64,000 nt of DNA from Pseudomonadota bacterium (GTDB lineage: Bacteria > Desulfobacterota > Desulfobulbia > Desulfobulbales > JAGXFP01): assembly GCA_018823285.1 (NCBI GenBank), contig JAHJIQ010000014.1:23556-87555 (forward strand), read 5' to 3'. Both the position numbers and the translations under genes were made by a program. Positions 26,989 through 35,976 of this stretch are shown here, one piece after another; within the stretch, counting starts at the first letter, position 1; each line of letters opens with the position of its first letter. Below the pieces are notes generated by a model that saw only the letters and a program-made list of their open reading frames with translations, did not search any database and was not told the origin of the DNA.

Positions 26989-27033
26989 AGTTGAGTGCGC
27001 GGCACAAATGATCGCAATGGAGAAAAATAAAAA

Positions 27034-27981
27034 ATGAATAATAACAAGAAGATAGCTTTTCTGTTTCCCGGGCAGGGGTCCCAGTATGTCGGCATGGGTG
27101 AGGAGTTTCTGGCGGCTGACGATGAGGCTCGGAGCCTGATTGACAAGGCTGATGCGATCAGCGGCTATCCGATCAGGAAACTCTGCCTTGAAGGGCCGAT
27201 GGAGGAGCTGACCAGAACCGCGCATCTGCAGCCCGCGATCACCGTTCAGAATCTGATGGCCCTGCGCGGGCTTACCCGGGCGGGAATTAATCCTGATTAT
27301 GTTGCCGGTCACAGCCTTGGAGAATATGCAGCCCTCTGCGCGGCGGGGGTGATCAGTGAGGATGATACCCTGAGGCTGGTCACCGAGAGGGGCCGGCTGA
27401 TGGAGCGCGAGGCCGAGCAGAATCCCGGCGGGATGCATGCGGTCCTAGGTTTGCAGATTGATGAGGTTCTGGGCATTGTCGCTGCGGTCAGTGACCGGGG
27501 AGTTCTCACCGCCGCCAATCACAACTCCGAGCAGCAGATTGTCCTGTCCGGCGAGCTTTCCGCCCTGAGCGCAGCCGCTGAGATTGTGGCGGAAAAGGGA
27601 GGCAAGGCCATCCCCCTGAAGGTCAGCGGCGCCTGGCATAGCGCTCTGGTCAGCGGGGCGATTGAGGATTTCTCTGCATTCATGGGGGGGGTCAGTTTCA
27701 GTTCCCCGGCAATCCCTCTTCTTTTCAACGTGACTGCCGGTGAGGAAAATGAGCCGCAGAAGATCAAAGAGATCATGGCCAGGCAGATCGCCTCGACCGT
27801 TCGCTGGTATGAGATTATGAACGGGCTGCTCTCCCGCGGGGTTGGAACCTTTATTGAAGTCGGTCCGAAAAACGTTCTGACCGGACTTGCCAGGAAAATC
27901 CTGCCCCGGGACCATGACTGCAGGCTGATCCAGATTGACAGCCCCGAAAAGATCGAGGCGTGCCGCCGGGAATTGTCCTGA
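27034..27981 (+). CDS. fabD: Malonyl-CoA:ACP transacylase
   Basis: FLFPGQGSQYVGMG and the active-site block GHSLGEYAAL. Confidence 0.95.
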   Translation: MNNNKKIAFLFPGQGSQYVGMGEEFLAADDEARSLIDKADAISGYPIRKLCLEGPMEELTRTAHLQPAITVQNLMALRGLTRAGINPDYVAGHSLGEYAALCAAGVISEDDTLRLVTERGRLMEREAEQNPGGMHAVLGLQIDEVLGIVAAVSDRGVLTAANHNSEQQIVLSGELSALSAAAEIVAEKGGKAIPLKVSGAWHSALVSGAIEDFSAFMGGVSFSSPAIPLLFNVTAGEENEPQKIKEIMARQIASTVRWYEIMNGLLSRGVGTFIEVGPKNVLTGLARKILPRDHDCRLIQIDSPEKIEACRRELS

Positions 27982-28023
27982 ACGGACCCGTTCACGGATG
28001 GCATCGGGACAGCAAGTTGTTTC

Positions 28024-28052
28024 TTGACATTGCCCCCTTATCCATGTATCTT
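28024..28052 (+). promoter_or_regulatory. Candidate sigma-70 promoter for ffh
   Basis: TTGACA (28024-28029), a 17-nt spacer, then TATCTT (28047-28052). It lies 83 nt upstream of the ffh ATG. Confidence 0.4.
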
Positions 28053-28134
28053 TCCGGATTTTCCTGGGGCAATGTAATGATCGGGCTTCCGCCGGTAAGG
28101 GCCGGGGCCTTTAATGCTTTGATATTCGGTAGAA

Positions 28135-29499
28135 ATGTTCGATAGCTTATCAGACCGTCTCAACGGGACTTTCAAGAAACTGCGGGGCCACGGCAAGCTC
28201 TCTGAAAGCAATATCAGCGAGGCGATGGGCGAGGTCCGGACGGCACTCCTTGAGGCCGATGTCAACTTCAGGGTTGTCAAGGATTTCATCGCTGAAGTGA
28301 CGGAGAAGGCGGTCGGTCAGGAGGTTCTGACCAGCCTCGCGCCGGGGCAGCAGGTGATAAAGGTCGTTCACCAGCAGCTTATTGATCTGCTGGGGGGCGC
28401 TACCGAAGAACTGCAGTTGGGCGGTCCGCAGCCGGTGGTGATCATGCTGGCCGGTTTGCAGGGTTCCGGTAAAACAACGACCACCGGCAAGATCGCCAAA
28501 TTATTGCAGGGCAAGGGACGCAGGCCTTATCTGGTCCCCGCCGATGTGTATCGGCCGGCGGCCATCGAGCAGCTCAAGGTACTCGGTGCGAATCTGGCCC
28601 TCCCGGTACACGGTTCGAAGACTGGGGACAATCCGGTCGATATCTGCCGGACGGCGGTGGCGGCGGCAAAGCTCAGGAACTGTGACACGGTCCTGATTGA
28701 TACCGCAGGTCGTCTCCATCTTGATGAAGAACTGATGGAGGAGCTCCGCAGGATCAAGGCGGAGGTGAAACCGGCCGAGATTCTGTTTGTTGCCGATGCG
28801 ATGACCGGGCAGGATGCGGTCACGGTTGCGGAAAAATTCAATCAGGATCTTGACGTCACCGGCGTGGTCCTGACCAAGATGGATGGTGACGCCCGGGGCG
28901 GCGCCGCACTTTCCATCAAGAAGGTGACCGGCAGGCCGATCAAGTTTGTCGGGGTCGGCGAAGGGATGGACGGTCTTGAGGTTTTTCACCCGGACCGGCT
29001 GGCTTCACGGATTCTCGGGATGGGCGATGTCCTGACCCTGATCGAAAAGGCCGAAGCGGTCGTCGACCAGAAGAAGGCAGAGCAGCTGGCCAAAAAGATC
29101 AGGAAGGATGCCTTCACCCTTGAGGACTTCCGGGACCAGGTCCAGCAGATAAAAAAAATGGGGAACCTGGAACAGCTGATGGGCATGGTTCCGGGGATGA
29201 ACCGCCTCAAGCAGATGCAGAATATTCCCAAGCCCGACGAAAAAGAATTGGGCAGGATCGAGGCGATCATCAATTCGATGACCCGTCAGGAGCGGCATCG
29301 GTACCAGATCATCGACTCCAGTCGCAGGCAGAGAATCGCGAGGGGGAGCGGCACCTCGGTGCAGGATGTGAACAAGGTCATCAAAAACTATTCCGATATG
29401 TTGCAGATGATGAAGAAGATGAAAGGGATGGGCGCTTTCGGCAAAATAAAAGCCGCCGGCGGCAAGAAGAGAAAAAGACCGAAAGGGATGTTCAGATAA
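28135..29499 (+). CDS. ffh: Signal recognition particle protein Ffh
   Basis: NG domain (GLQGSGKTTTTGKIA, DTAGRL, TKMDGDARGG) and a Met-rich M domain (MGMVPGMNRLKQM). Confidence 0.97.
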   Translation: MFDSLSDRLNGTFKKLRGHGKLSESNISEAMGEVRTALLEADVNFRVVKDFIAEVTEKAVGQEVLTSLAPGQQVIKVVHQQLIDLLGGATEELQLGGPQPVVIMLAGLQGSGKTTTTGKIAKLLQGKGRRPYLVPADVYRPAAIEQLKVLGANLALPVHGSKTGDNPVDICRTAVAAAKLRNCDTVLIDTAGRLHLDEELMEELRRIKAEVKPAEILFVADAMTGQDAVTVAEKFNQDLDVTGVVLTKMDGDARGGAALSIKKVTGRPIKFVGVGEGMDGLEVFHPDRLASRILGMGDVLTLIEKAEAVVDQKKAEQLAKKIRKDAFTLEDFRDQVQQIKKMGNLEQLMGMVPGMNRLKQMQNIPKPDEKELGRIEAIINSMTRQERHRYQIIDSSRRQRIARGSGTSVQDVNKVIKNYSDMLQMMKKMKGMGAFGKIKAAGGKKRKRPKGMFR

Positions 29500-29663
29500 A
29501 GCTGAAGTTGAGCAGCTCGTCTGCTCGTACGAAACTTATGCCCGAAGGGTGCAAAGCTGAAGTTGAGCAGCTCGTCTGCTCGTACGAAACTTATGCCCGA
29601 AGGGTGCAAAGCTGAAGTTGAGCAGCTTGTCTGCTCGTACGTAACTTATGCCCGCAAGGGTGA
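29499..29663. repeat. Three head-to-tail copies of the 55-bp hairpin (REP-like) repeat
   Basis: AAGCTGAAGTTGAGCAGCTCGTCTGCTCGTACGAAACTTATGCCCGAAGGGTGCA starts at 29499, 29554 and 29609 (the third copy has a few substitutions). Each unit contains GAGCAG-ctcgt-CTGCTC flanked by AAGTT/AACTT. It begins at the ffh stop codon. Confidence 0.85.
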
Positions 29664-29788
29664 AAAAACCGGATCGAGGCACTCGTTGCCTGCCGGTGTA
29701 ACATTAAAACCATAGATTCAAATCAGACCGTGCCGGTGCATGAGAGCATTGGTTATGGGCGTCGAAAATTACGTGGAGGAACGTATTA

Positions 29789-30046
29789 ATGGCTGTAAAA
29801 ATTCGTCTTACCAGACTGGGCAGAAAGAAAAAACCGTTTTACCGCATCGTGGTCGCCAACTCAGAAGCACCGAGAGATGGAAAATTCCTGGAGATTGTCG
29901 GTACCTACGATCCGCTTAAAAATCCTGTTGAAGTAAACATCAAACAGGACAAGCTCCAGTTCTGGATCGATCGGGGCGCCACGCCTACAGAGACCGTGAA
30001 AAGCCTTCTCTGCAAATGTGCTGCCGAGGCTCCGGCAGCGGAATAA
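29789..30046 (+). CDS. rpsP: 30S ribosomal protein S16
   Basis: [23 protein letters not shown] is the S16 signature start. Confidence 0.97.
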   Translation: MAVKIRLTRLGRKKKPFYRIVVANSEAPRDGKFLEIVGTYDPLKNPVEVNIKQDKLQFWIDRGATPTETVKSLLCKCAAEAPAAE

Positions 30047-30052
30047 CCGGTT

Positions 30053-30283
30053 ATGAAAGAACTGATCGAATTCATCGCCACTTCACTCGTCGATGACCGG
30101 GAGAGCGTATCGGTCAACGTAACTGAAGAGGGCGATTCCACGGTCCTCGAGCTGCGCGTTGCCAAAGATGACCTGGGTAAGGTCATCGGTAAGCAGGGAC
30201 GGACGGCACGTGCCATGCGTGCACTGCTTTCGGCCGCTGCCGGCAGGTCTGGCGCCAGGGCGAGGCTCGAGATTCTCGATTAG
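30053..30283 (+). CDS. KH-domain RNA-binding protein (UPF0109/YlqC-like)
   Basis: 76 aa with GKVIGKQGRTARAMRAL (the GxxG KH loop). Conserved position between rpsP and rimM. Confidence 0.85.
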   Translation: MKELIEFIATSLVDDRESVSVNVTEEGDSTVLELRVAKDDLGKVIGKQGRTARAMRALLSAAAGRSGARARLEILD

Positions 30284-30291
30284 GGAGCAGG

Positions 30292-30837
30292 GTGGATTTG
30301 ACTGCCGCAGGTTCCGGTCCGGATCAGAAAATATATATCCAGGCCGGCAAAATTAGCAAACCGCACGGCATCAAAGGTGAACTCCGGGTCCATCCCTATT
30401 CGGAGAACCCGGATGATTTTTCCGGCTATCCGGAAATTCTGGTAGTTTCGCCAGGTGGTGAGTACTCACCGTACCAGGTTCAGAGCAGCAGTGCGCACGG
30501 CAAGGTCGCGATTGTAAAAATATCCGGGGTCGATGACCGGAACGGGGCTGAAGAGCTTTCCGGACTGGAGATCTGGGTTGACAGACGCTACCTGCCTGAA
30601 CTTCTGCCGGATGAATTTTTCTGGCATGATCTGGTCGGCCTTGATGCGGTCTCCGAAAGCGGCCTTAAACTTGGCAGGGTGAAGGCCCTCTTTGCTACCG
30701 GCGGGCACGATGTGCTGGTCATCCGGGGTACCGGCCGTGAATACCTCGTTCCCGCCAGGCGCGAATTCATGCTTGATGTCGACCTGGATCGTCGCCTCCT
30801 GACCATCGCCGATGTCCCGGGGCTTTTTGACATGTAG
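30292..30837 (+). CDS. rimM: 16S rRNA processing protein RimM
   Basis: GKISKPHGIKGELRV (RimM N-terminal barrel) and a PRC-barrel C-terminus. GTG start after AGGGAG. Confidence 0.9.
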   Translation: MDLTAAGSGPDQKIYIQAGKISKPHGIKGELRVHPYSENPDDFSGYPEILVVSPGGEYSPYQVQSSSAHGKVAIVKISGVDDRNGAEELSGLEIWVDRRYLPELLPDEFFWHDLVGLDAVSESGLKLGRVKALFATGGHDVLVIRGTGREYLVPARREFMLDVDLDRRLLTIADVPGLFDM

Positions 30838-30920
30838 TGTGGCGGCCCCGCACAGATAGTTTCCCTGTCTGCCTTTGCAGGCGTTTTTAGCCCCCCAGCC
30901 TCCACAAGAAATTCTCGGCC

Positions 30921-31685
30921 ATGCAGTTTGATATCCTGACCATATTTCCGGACCTGTTACAATCGCCTCTTCAGGAAGGGATTATCCGCCGCGCTGTCCA
31001 GAGCGGCAGAATCACCGTCCATATTACCAACATCAGGGATTTTGCCACCGACAAGCACACCATGATCGACGACCGGCCCTTCGGGGGCGGTGAAGGGATG
31101 GTCATGAAGCCGGAGCCGATCGCTGCGGCACTCCGGAGTATTGCCGGTGGAGAGAGTCGCCCCCGGGTGATCCTGTTGAGCCCGCAGGGGAAAACCTTCA
31201 CCCAGCGGACTGCCGAGACCCTTGCTCTGGAGAAACATCTGGTCTTTCTCTGTGGTCGTTATGAAGGGGTCGACGAACGGGTCAGCGAAATGTTTGTCGA
31301 CGATGAGATCTCCATCGGCGACTATGTCCTGACCGGGGGAGAACTGGCGGCCATGGTCATGGTCGATGCCATCACCCGGCTGCTCCCGGGGGTACTGGGG
31401 TGTGCCGAATCGGCAAGCCAGGACACTTTCAGCAGCGGGATGCTGAAGCACCCTCAGTATACAAGGCCCCGCGAGTTTCAGGGGTCCGAAGTGCCGGAGG
31501 TGCTGCTTACCGGTGACCATCAGGCAATCCAGGATTGGCGGTTTGCCGAGTCGGTGAAGAAAACCCTGCGCAAGCGGCCGGAGATGCTGGCCGGACGCAC
31601 TTTTTCCAAGGCGGAGCGAAAGGTCCTTTCCGGTCATGGACTCCTGGCTGAAGTCGATGCTCTCGGGAAGAGGACATCAGATTAA
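30921..31685 (+). CDS. trmD: tRNA (guanine37-N1)-methyltransferase
   Basis: MQFDILTIFPDL, DDRPFGGGEGMVM, GRYEGVDERV and DYVLTGGELAAMV. Confidence 0.95.
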   Translation: MQFDILTIFPDLLQSPLQEGIIRRAVQSGRITVHITNIRDFATDKHTMIDDRPFGGGEGMVMKPEPIAAALRSIAGGESRPRVILLSPQGKTFTQRTAETLALEKHLVFLCGRYEGVDERVSEMFVDDEISIGDYVLTGGELAAMVMVDAITRLLPGVLGCAESASQDTFSSGMLKHPQYTRPREFQGSEVPEVLLTGDHQAIQDWRFAESVKKTLRKRPEMLAGRTFSKAERKVLSGHGLLAEVDALGKRTSD

Positions 31686-31726
31686 ATTTTCTGCTGCTTG
31701 AGGTTCCAGCTATCAATTCCGACACC

Positions 31727-32293
31727 ATGGAAAACGATATCAGAGTCGATCTGGCCCTTGTTCATTATCCGGTCTGCAACCGGAACAGTGAGGTGATCGG
31801 CTCGGCGGTCACCAACCTTGATATTCACGATATTGCCCGGGCGGGGCGCACCTTCGGGGTCGGCACGTATTATCTGGTGACCCCTTTTGCAGACCAGCAG
31901 CAGCTGGTGAATGAGATTGTCGATCACTGGCAGACCGGGCATGGGTCCGAATACAACAAGCCGAGAAAGGAGGCGCTGTCGATCGTTCGCGTATGCAGTG
32001 ACCTGGAAGAGCTGTTCACGGAAGTTGCCGGGAATAGAGGGGCGCGGCCGATCATTGTCGCAACCAGCGCGGCGCGGAACGCGAAGACCATGGAGTATGT
32101 CGATGCCCGGCAGAAAATCTTCACCGGTGAACCGATGCTACTCCTGTTCGGTACCGGCTGGGGGCTCGCGCCGGAGGTCACTGAACGGATTGATGCTTTT
32201 CTGCCGCCGATCGTCGGCGGGGGTGACTACAACCACCTGTCGGTCCGGTCGGCCGCCTCGATAATCCTCGACAGGCTTCTCGGGGATCGCTGA
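31727..32293 (+). CDS. Predicted SPOUT-type RNA methyltransferase (Methyltrn_RNA_4 / TM1570-like)
   Basis: 188 aa. LALVHYPVCNRNSEVIGSAVTNLDIHDIAR and a C-terminal GDYNHLSVRSAASIILDRL. I recall this family sitting between trmD and rplS in Thermotoga. Assignment from memory only. Confidence 0.5.
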   Translation: MENDIRVDLALVHYPVCNRNSEVIGSAVTNLDIHDIARAGRTFGVGTYYLVTPFADQQQLVNEIVDHWQTGHGSEYNKPRKEALSIVRVCSDLEELFTEVAGNRGARPIIVATSAARNAKTMEYVDARQKIFTGEPMLLLFGTGWGLAPEVTERIDAFLPPIVGGGDYNHLSVRSAASIILDRLLGDR

Positions 32294-32616
32294 GCGGGTC
32301 AGAAATGTTGTGAATCGTGATGATTCCCTCAGGATCTTGCCTCGACCGGGCGCAGCGGAACTCGGGTCATCAGCCCGCAGACTGCTCTTGCGCCCCTTCC
32401 GTCAACTCCGACGTTGCTCAGGCGTTGTGAAATGGCGCCTCCGCCCAGTCTGTCTGGCTGTTGCCTGACCGGATCATGGTTGAAACAGCGTGGTGATTAT
32501 GTTTTTTTTTTAAAAAAAGTGATTTTTTCTAAATCAGTACTGGAAATTTTTTGTTCCATACGTTATTTTGTCGGCTTCCGTTTTTAGACGGGCTTTATCA
32601 TAATGGAGAAATAAGC

Positions 32617-32964
32617 ATGAGCGTAATAGCAGATATCGAAAAAGAGAATATGCGGTATGACATTCCGGTCTTTCGCGCAGGCGACACCGTCAGCGTCCAT
32701 ATCCGGATCATTGAGGGAACCAAGGAAAGGGTCCAGATATTCAAAGGCGTTGTTCTCAAACGCAAGAATGGTACCATGAACGCGACCTTCACCGTGCGGA
32801 AGGTTTCCCATGGTGTCGGTGTTGAGAAGACCTTCGCCCTTCACTCACCGAGGATCGAGAAAATAGTGGTTGAAAGCCTTGGCCGGGTACGTCGGTCCCG
32901 CCTTTACTACCTTCGTGATCTTCGTGGCAAGGCGGCCAGAATCAAGGAGCGTGGCATCAACTGA
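32617..32964 (+). CDS. rplS: 50S ribosomal protein L19
   Basis: The internal ATG at 32617 (GGAGA RBS) gives [46 protein letters not shown], a canonical L19 sequence. Confidence 0.95.
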   Translation: MSVIADIEKENMRYDIPVFRAGDTVSVHIRIIEGTKERVQIFKGVVLKRKNGTMNATFTVRKVSHGVGVEKTFALHSPRIEKIVVESLGRVRRSRLYYLRDLRGKAARIKERGIN

Positions 32965-33045
32965 GGTCTGCTGCCATTATCTGGTTGACTGTTACCGCTT
33001 TCGGCTAGTGACAAAGCGGCCGGAAGTGTTCCGGGGAATTATAGA

Positions 33046-33086
33046 CCCTGCTGCAAACCATGAAGTTTGCGGCGGGGTTTTTTTTT
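33046..33086 (+). terminator. Rho-independent terminator after rplS
   Basis: A 13-bp stem CCCTGCTGCAAAC / GTTTGCGGCGGGG (two G-U pairs), a 6-nt loop, then T9. Confidence 0.8.
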
Positions 33087-33099
33087 GGCGGATTTCAAG

Positions 33100-33759
33100 A
33101 TGAGCATTCAGGGTGACCTGTTCACATCTGCAACGGAAGAGATTGGCGATAATTTTTCCTTCGAGAAGCAGCTCTACGCATCCGGAGTAAGAATTGTTGC
33201 CGGAACAGATGAGGCGGGGCGTGGACCCTTGGCCGGACCGGTGGTGGCAGCCTGTGTTGTTCTTCCCCGCGATTGTGATTGCACGGTATTTAAGGATTCC
33301 AAGAAGCTGTCCGGTGCCGCCAGAGAGAATCTTTATCAGCTGCTGAGGGAGCTTGATGCCATGATCGGCGTGGGTGTCTGCAGCGTTGAAGAGATCGACC
33401 GGCTGAATATCCTGCACGCCTCCCTTCTGGCCATGAAGAAGGCGATGGAGAACCTGCCGTTGGTTCCCGATTTTCTGCTGGTGGACGGAAAATTCACGAT
33501 TCCGCACCAGGTCTCCCAGCAGAGTCTGGTCAAGGGTGAGTCCAGGAGCGCTTCGATTGCCGCGGCTTCCATTGTTGCCAAAGAGGAACGGGACCGAATG
33601 ATGCACGATCTGGATCGGGAGTACCCGCAGTATCATTTTGCCCGGCATAAAGGGTATCCCACTGCGGAACACCGGGCGCTGATCGAAAAACACGGTCCGT
33701 CTCCGGTCCATCGCAGGTCTTTCAGGGGGGTCCGGGAATTTCTGGGAAAAGATGACTGA
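33100..33759 (+). CDS. rnhB: Ribonuclease HII
   Basis: VAGTDEAGRGPLAGPVVAA (the DEAGRG active site), DSKKLS and HYDLP-type blocks. ATG at 33100 preferred over the upstream TTG, which lies inside the terminator. Confidence 0.9.
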   Translation: MSIQGDLFTSATEEIGDNFSFEKQLYASGVRIVAGTDEAGRGPLAGPVVAACVVLPRDCDCTVFKDSKKLSGAARENLYQLLRELDAMIGVGVCSVEEIDRLNILHASLLAMKKAMENLPLVPDFLLVDGKFTIPHQVSQQSLVKGESRSASIAAASIVAKEERDRMMHDLDREYPQYHFARHKGYPTAEHRALIEKHGPSPVHRRSFRGVREFLGKDD

Positions 33760-34129
33760 AAAACGTCTGTCACTTGGCAAAAGAGGCGAGGAGCTGGCCG
33801 CTGCGCTGCTGCGGAAATCCGGTTACCGGATTCTTGAAACCAATTACCGGGGCAAGCTCGGGGAAATAGATTTGATTGCCGAGGAGGGACGGTGCCTGGT
33901 CTTTGTCGAAGTCAAGACCAGAAGCGGTCTGGAATGCGGCCACCCTCTTGAGGGGATCGATTCGCGGAAACAGCGGCAGCTGGTCAGGGCGGCCAGGGAA
34001 TACATGGCCAGGGAAAATTGCCAGGAGAGAGTGTGCCGGTTCGATGCGGTTTCTGTATTGACCGATGGTGCTGCACCCCGGCTTGAACTGGTGAAGAATA
34101 TTATCGAACTGGACGGAGATTTTTTCTGA
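33752..34129 (+). CDS. YraN-family (UPF0102) endonuclease-like protein
   Basis: GEELAAALLRKSGYRILETNYRGKLGEIDLIAEEGRCLVFVEVKTR is the typical YraN core. Follows rnhB, as in many genomes. Confidence 0.8.
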   Translation: MTEKRLSLGKRGEELAAALLRKSGYRILETNYRGKLGEIDLIAEEGRCLVFVEVKTRSGLECGHPLEGIDSRKQRQLVRAAREYMARENCQERVCRFDAVSVLTDGAAPRLELVKNIIELDGDFF

Positions 34130-35130
34130 TGACGGAACTGCTCGGCATTACCATGGGTTGTCCGGTCGGGATCGGCCCGGAAATAATCGTCCGTTTCCAT
34201 GCCGGTCTGGTGACAGGCCGTTTTCTGCCGGTGGTGCTTGGGGATCCGGGTGTTCTTGAGAGATGTGCGGCAGGAATCGGCGGCGATACCCGGGTCGTCC
34301 GCTGGCAGCCCGGAGAAAAATATGTTGCCGGGGCGATCAATGTTCTGCCCCTCTCCGATCTTCCCCGGGATCTTGTCTGGGGGAAACCGGACTCGGTGAC
34401 GGGTCTTGCCATGGGCAGCTATATCGTCGAGGCAGTGAAACTCATCAAAGAAGGTGTGCTGGCCGGGATGGTGACCTGTCCCATCACCAAGAGCGCCCTG
34501 AACCAGGCCGGATTTGATTACCCCGGGCATACCGAAATGCTCGCCGCCCTCTCGGGTGGAATCGAACACGCCATGATGCTTGCCGGGAAGAGCCTGCGGG
34601 TGACGCTGGTCACCATTCATGTTTCCCTGGCCGCGGTGCCGGAACTTCTTTCCGTGGAAAAGATCGTGAATCTGATCGGCCTGACCGGGCGTTCGCTGCA
34701 ACAGGATTTTGCAATTCCCGCGCCAAGAATCGCGGTTGCCGGGTTGAACCCCCATTCCGGAGAGGACGGGATATTCGGGACTGAGGAGCGGGAGATGATC
34801 GGCCCGGCAGTGGCCCAGGCGAGAAAGGATGGCTGGCTGGTCGAAGGCCCGTTTCCCCCGGATACCGTTTTCAATAAGGCGGTGGCGGGTAAATATGACG
34901 CGGTCGTCTGCATGTATCACGACCAGGGGCTGATTCCTTTCAAGCTGCTCCATTTTGCGGACGGGGTTAACATCACCCTCGGCCTGCCCCTGGTGAGAAC
35001 CTCGGTAGACCATGGTACGGCCTACGATATCGCCGGCAGATGGCAGGCTGATCCGGCAAGCCTTGGGGCAGCATACCGGCAGGCGGAAGAGATTATTATC
35101 AACCGTTCCCTGTTTGCTGAAAATCATTAA
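34129..35130 (+). CDS. pdxA: 4-hydroxythreonine-4-phosphate dehydrogenase
   Basis: GITMGCPVGIGPEI, YPGHTEML, GLNPHSGE and VRTSVDHGTAYDIAG. Confidence 0.9.
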   Translation: MTELLGITMGCPVGIGPEIIVRFHAGLVTGRFLPVVLGDPGVLERCAAGIGGDTRVVRWQPGEKYVAGAINVLPLSDLPRDLVWGKPDSVTGLAMGSYIVEAVKLIKEGVLAGMVTCPITKSALNQAGFDYPGHTEMLAALSGGIEHAMMLAGKSLRVTLVTIHVSLAAVPELLSVEKIVNLIGLTGRSLQQDFAIPAPRIAVAGLNPHSGEDGIFGTEEREMIGPAVAQARKDGWLVEGPFPPDTVFNKAVAGKYDAVVCMYHDQGLIPFKLLHFADGVNITLGLPLVRTSVDHGTAYDIAGRWQADPASLGAAYRQAEEIIINRSLFAENH

Positions 35131-35177
35131 ATATATTAAAGTCTTACAACGTCTGTCCGGGAATGGCGGTTATTTCA

Positions 35178-35246
35178 TTCTTCGGGTATAAGTGTCGCTG
35201 GCTCGCTCTTATCGGTACGAGCAGGCACGCTGTTCAACTGAAGTCT
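35178..35246. repeat. Degenerate copy of the 55-bp hairpin repeat (inverted orientation, with a 17-bp insertion)
   Basis: TTCGGGTATAAGTGTCG[ctggctcgctcttatcg]GTACGAGCAGGCACGCTGTTCAACTGAAGTCT is the reverse complement of the 29.5-kb unit, with substitutions. Confidence 0.6.
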
Positions 35247-35317
35247 CATGTGGAGACGGTGGTTACCGTCACGATGGACGGTTTGGGTTTGATCAAAAAA
35301 ATTATAATTACAGATAG

Positions 35318-35962
35318 ATGTCTTACGGAAAATTGATAGCGTTTGAAGGGATCGACGGCACGGGCAAATCGACCCAGATCAGGATGCTTGCGGATTGTCT
35401 TTCCGGCAGGGGATTTGATGTCGTCACCACCAGGGAACCGACTGACGGCCCCTGCGGCAGGAAAATCCGGTCGCTTTTCGCCAGTCGCGACCAGTTGACC
35501 CCGGAGGAAGAGCTGGCCCTTTTTATGGATGATCGTCGTGAACATGTGCGAGAGCTCATCCTTCCGGCATTGAAAAGAGGCGCCGTGGTCCTGACCGATC
35601 GATATTATTTTTCCACCGCCGCATACCAGGGCGCAGCCGGGCACGACCCGCAGGCCATCCTTGCCGCCAATGAAGCATTTGCCCCGGTTCCTGATCTGGT
35701 AATTATCCTTGATCTGTCTCCTGAAGAGTCAGTCAGGCGGATCAGGGATCTTCGTGGTGAGGCGCTGAACGATTTCGAGCAGCAGGAGTCTCTCCAGGCT
35801 GTTGCGGAAGTCTTTGCCGGTTTCGGGATGGATTACATAAAGCATGTTGATGCGTCAGGCCCTCAGGAAGTGGTTGCCGGACAGGTGGCACAACTGGCCC
35901 TCGAGTTGTTCAATGATAATTCCTTGCTGAGCGGGCCCTTGCCGGAAGCGGCCGGAGCCTGA
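35318..35962 (+). CDS. tmk: Thymidylate kinase
   Basis: IAFEGIDGTGKSTQ P-loop, the DRY motif (LTDRYYFS), and LID-region basic residues. Confidence 0.9.
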   Translation: MSYGKLIAFEGIDGTGKSTQIRMLADCLSGRGFDVVTTREPTDGPCGRKIRSLFASRDQLTPEEELALFMDDRREHVRELILPALKRGAVVLTDRYYFSTAAYQGAAGHDPQAILAANEAFAPVPDLVIILDLSPEESVRRIRDLRGEALNDFEQQESLQAVAEVFAGFGMDYIKHVDASGPQEVVAGQVAQLALELFNDNSLLSGPLPEAAGA

Positions 35963-35976
35963 ACGGGTAATAATGT

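Noticed and set aside
29499-29663. Tandem 55-bp array considered as a CRISPR array
   Set aside because: The units are directly contiguous with no unique spacers. The same unit occurs singly elsewhere in both orientations, and there are no cas genes in the window.
32502-32518. T10A7 tract considered as a terminator or origin-like element
   Set aside because: There is no GC-rich stem preceding the T-run. A pure A/T self-complement with no loop would not form a stable hairpin, so I treat it as simple low-complexity spacer DNA.
33844-35127. 427-aa ORF antisense to the yraN-family gene and pdxA
   Set aside because: It spans two well-supported + strand genes and is Arg/Pro/Gly-rich, so it is a shadow ORF.
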